64,000 nt of DNA from Patellaria atrata CBS 101060 (lineage: Eukaryota): assembly GCA_010093705.1 (NCBI GenBank), contig MU006106.1, positions 337,086 through 401,085 on the forward strand, written 5' to 3'. The translations under genes and the position numbers were made by a program. The notes below the pieces were generated by a model. That model was not told where the DNA came from. It did not search any database and worked only from the letters and a program-made list of their open reading frames with translations. This document shows, one piece after another, positions 62,108 to 64,000 of the stretch (position 1 is its first letter; each line of letters begins with the position of its first letter).

Positions 62108-64000
62108 ATGGCGGCCGTCGCCAACGGCGCTCTAACACCGCCCGTCATTTCTGAATCCTCTGTTTCTTCGACTTTGGCCACGAAACGAAAACGCTCTCCG
62201 AGCAGCGCTCAAGCATTGCCAAATGGTGACCATGTTGAGGAGGAGACACAGATATTGCCAGATCCAAAACTACCTTCGCGTCTATTAGAAGATATCGGCA
62301 CTGTGCTCAGAAAGTATGTCCTAATTCACTATCATCAACCTCTAATTACTTACAGAGAACTTTCACCGCAATAAGTGCTAACCCTCGTCTTTCTTTAGCA
62401 TTGACACTAGCCCTTCAATATTAGAGCGCCCTCTACGTACGAGTCGCGGCAGGTCGCCGTCTAGAGAACCTTCTTCAAAGAAAACGAAACTTTCAGAAAC
62501 CGATCCGCGTTCCATCATCTCCAAACTGCTGACGGGCGCATACTTCTCTCTTGAAGATTTGACCAAGGATGTCGAGGAAGCGTCTTCTGCCGTGTTGGCT
62601 TCGGTTCAAGAAAAAGAAAACATGCCTAATGGAATAGCACATAAGAGCGTGGAATATACTACAGATAAATCTTTGCTTGCGAAGGTTCTCGCTTTCAAAA
62701 AAGTCACAGCGGAGATTGTGGCTCGCGAAGAGCAGCGCAAACGGTTTAAAACCCAAAATAACCCGGAAACTAAAGCAGGAATGGATGGTGTTGCCAAAGT
62801 AGAAATTAATGGTATTGTTAATGGTCTCAGTAAGATCAGCGTTTTGGATGGAAGTGGTAACGGGAGAGCTGTGCTCACGCTTTACGCAAATGCACAAGGA
62901 CCGAAGCAACTCTTTTCGAGCTTACAAAGGCCTCAATCTGTGAGGAAGCGCACAAGTTCGAGTTCTGAGTCAACACTGGACTCTTCCATCAAGGTCGTAC
63001 TCCCATTGGATGACTCGACGTTTCCCAATATGATATGTTCAAGCACAATTTTACCATTTCAGGACAGTGCTCAAACCAAAGATCAGAAGAAAATACCAAC
63101 CCTCGGAGAACTTTTCCCCCCTCCCCCTGGCCTTGCTCCGCTTCACCCTCCGAGACCAGCAAAACAGTCATCTACGAGAGGATCAACCATAATTTGGGGT
63201 GCCACTGAGTCAAACCCTAAATCAAATCGGAAATCCGTATCGACATATAGCACTCAGAAACTGACTGTGGGTCAATCTCTGGGTTATAGTGGTGTGGATA
63301 TACCGCAAGAACCTACCTCACCAGCGGCGAAGCGGAAACAGAGAGATCGGGCGCTAAGTACTGGGGAAGTACACCCGCCGCCATCAGAAGCCGCTATAGC
63401 GAGTTTGCAGCAAGCCAAGACGGACGCGCTTTTCAGAAGTGTCTACTCTAGTTTCGCCCCATGTCGAGACAATTCAGTAGCAGTGGTTCCAGAGGAGACA
63501 AAAAACCGCATGTGGTGGCATAAAATCGGACATAAAAAGTTTCAGGAGCCATGGACCGTCGATCCAGCGCTGCTCGAACCGGAGGAGGCAAACAATGGCA
63601 TGCCCAATGCCGACCCCGTCGATGAAGTAGAAGCGTTCGAAGAGGCCGTTAACAATTTCGTTCCAGAGGATGATATTGCCGCTCAAGAGTACGAAAGATT
63701 TACTCGGGAAAAAGAAGTACACGAAATTCTTCAAGAAATATCAGAGATGTTAGAGACGCTATCGTCATTTCAACGGATTAGAAACGCATCTCTTGCATCG
63801 AATATACGGAATCAAACTACTCAGAGCTCATCCACATCCCTTATGGGAAGTCCAACGACTCCCTCGTCTGCAGAACTCGACCACTACAATCTGCTTAAAT
63901 CACAGTTGTCACTTATGATCTCCATGCTTCCACCGTATGCTGTTGCAAAACTTAATGGAGATCAACTTGCAGATTTGAATATCAGCAGGAACATAGTAAT
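62108..64000 (+). CDS. Conserved nuclear protein, probably Rsc58/BRD7-9-like chromatin-remodelling subunit; intron 62314-62398; runs off the window
   Basis: Basic KRKR motif; after splicing, the frame reads IISKLLTGAYFSLEDL, VLTLYANAQGPKQLFSSLQ, FRSVYSSFAPCRDNS..VPEETKNRMWW, with no stop seen before the window end. Confidence 0.6.

Overview
Eukaryotic, intron-containing DNA from a filamentous ascomycete (Pezizomycotina; inferred from short GT-AG introns with CTAAC/CTRAC branch sites and from gene content such as con-10, a Pth11-like protein, Fig1 and a LaeA-like methyltransferase). The window is an ordinary gene-dense chromosome arm with about 26 protein-coding genes: COG3, a TauD-type dioxygenase, SmD1, NDUFA13, TRM10, OXR1, a Myb-like protein, a PhyH-like dioxygenase, a Pth11-like protein, FIG1, HSP12, a membrane protein, a GPI-anchored Ser/Thr-rich wall protein, an RWD protein, an amadoriase-like oxidase, PHO84, URA4, MTM1, HRT3, UNG1, con-10, a nitrate transporter, a methyltransferase, a PPR-like protein and an Rsc58-like protein. 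There is also an aldo-keto reductase pseudogene and two assembly gaps. The most interesting signals are non-coding. (i) Up to four dispersed, mutually dissimilar tRNA-derived elements (~2572, ~15410, ~44555, ~47143) keep Pol III A/B-box-like promoters but not a cloverleaf, and three of them carry extra hairpins and oligo-T terminators. (ii) A long SmD1 intron can fold around an Sm-site-like AU5GG motif. (iii) A ~1.05-kb degenerate higher-order repeat array lies at 18.6-19.7 kb. Gene names come from motif recognition, and all RNA structures were paired by eye, not computed.
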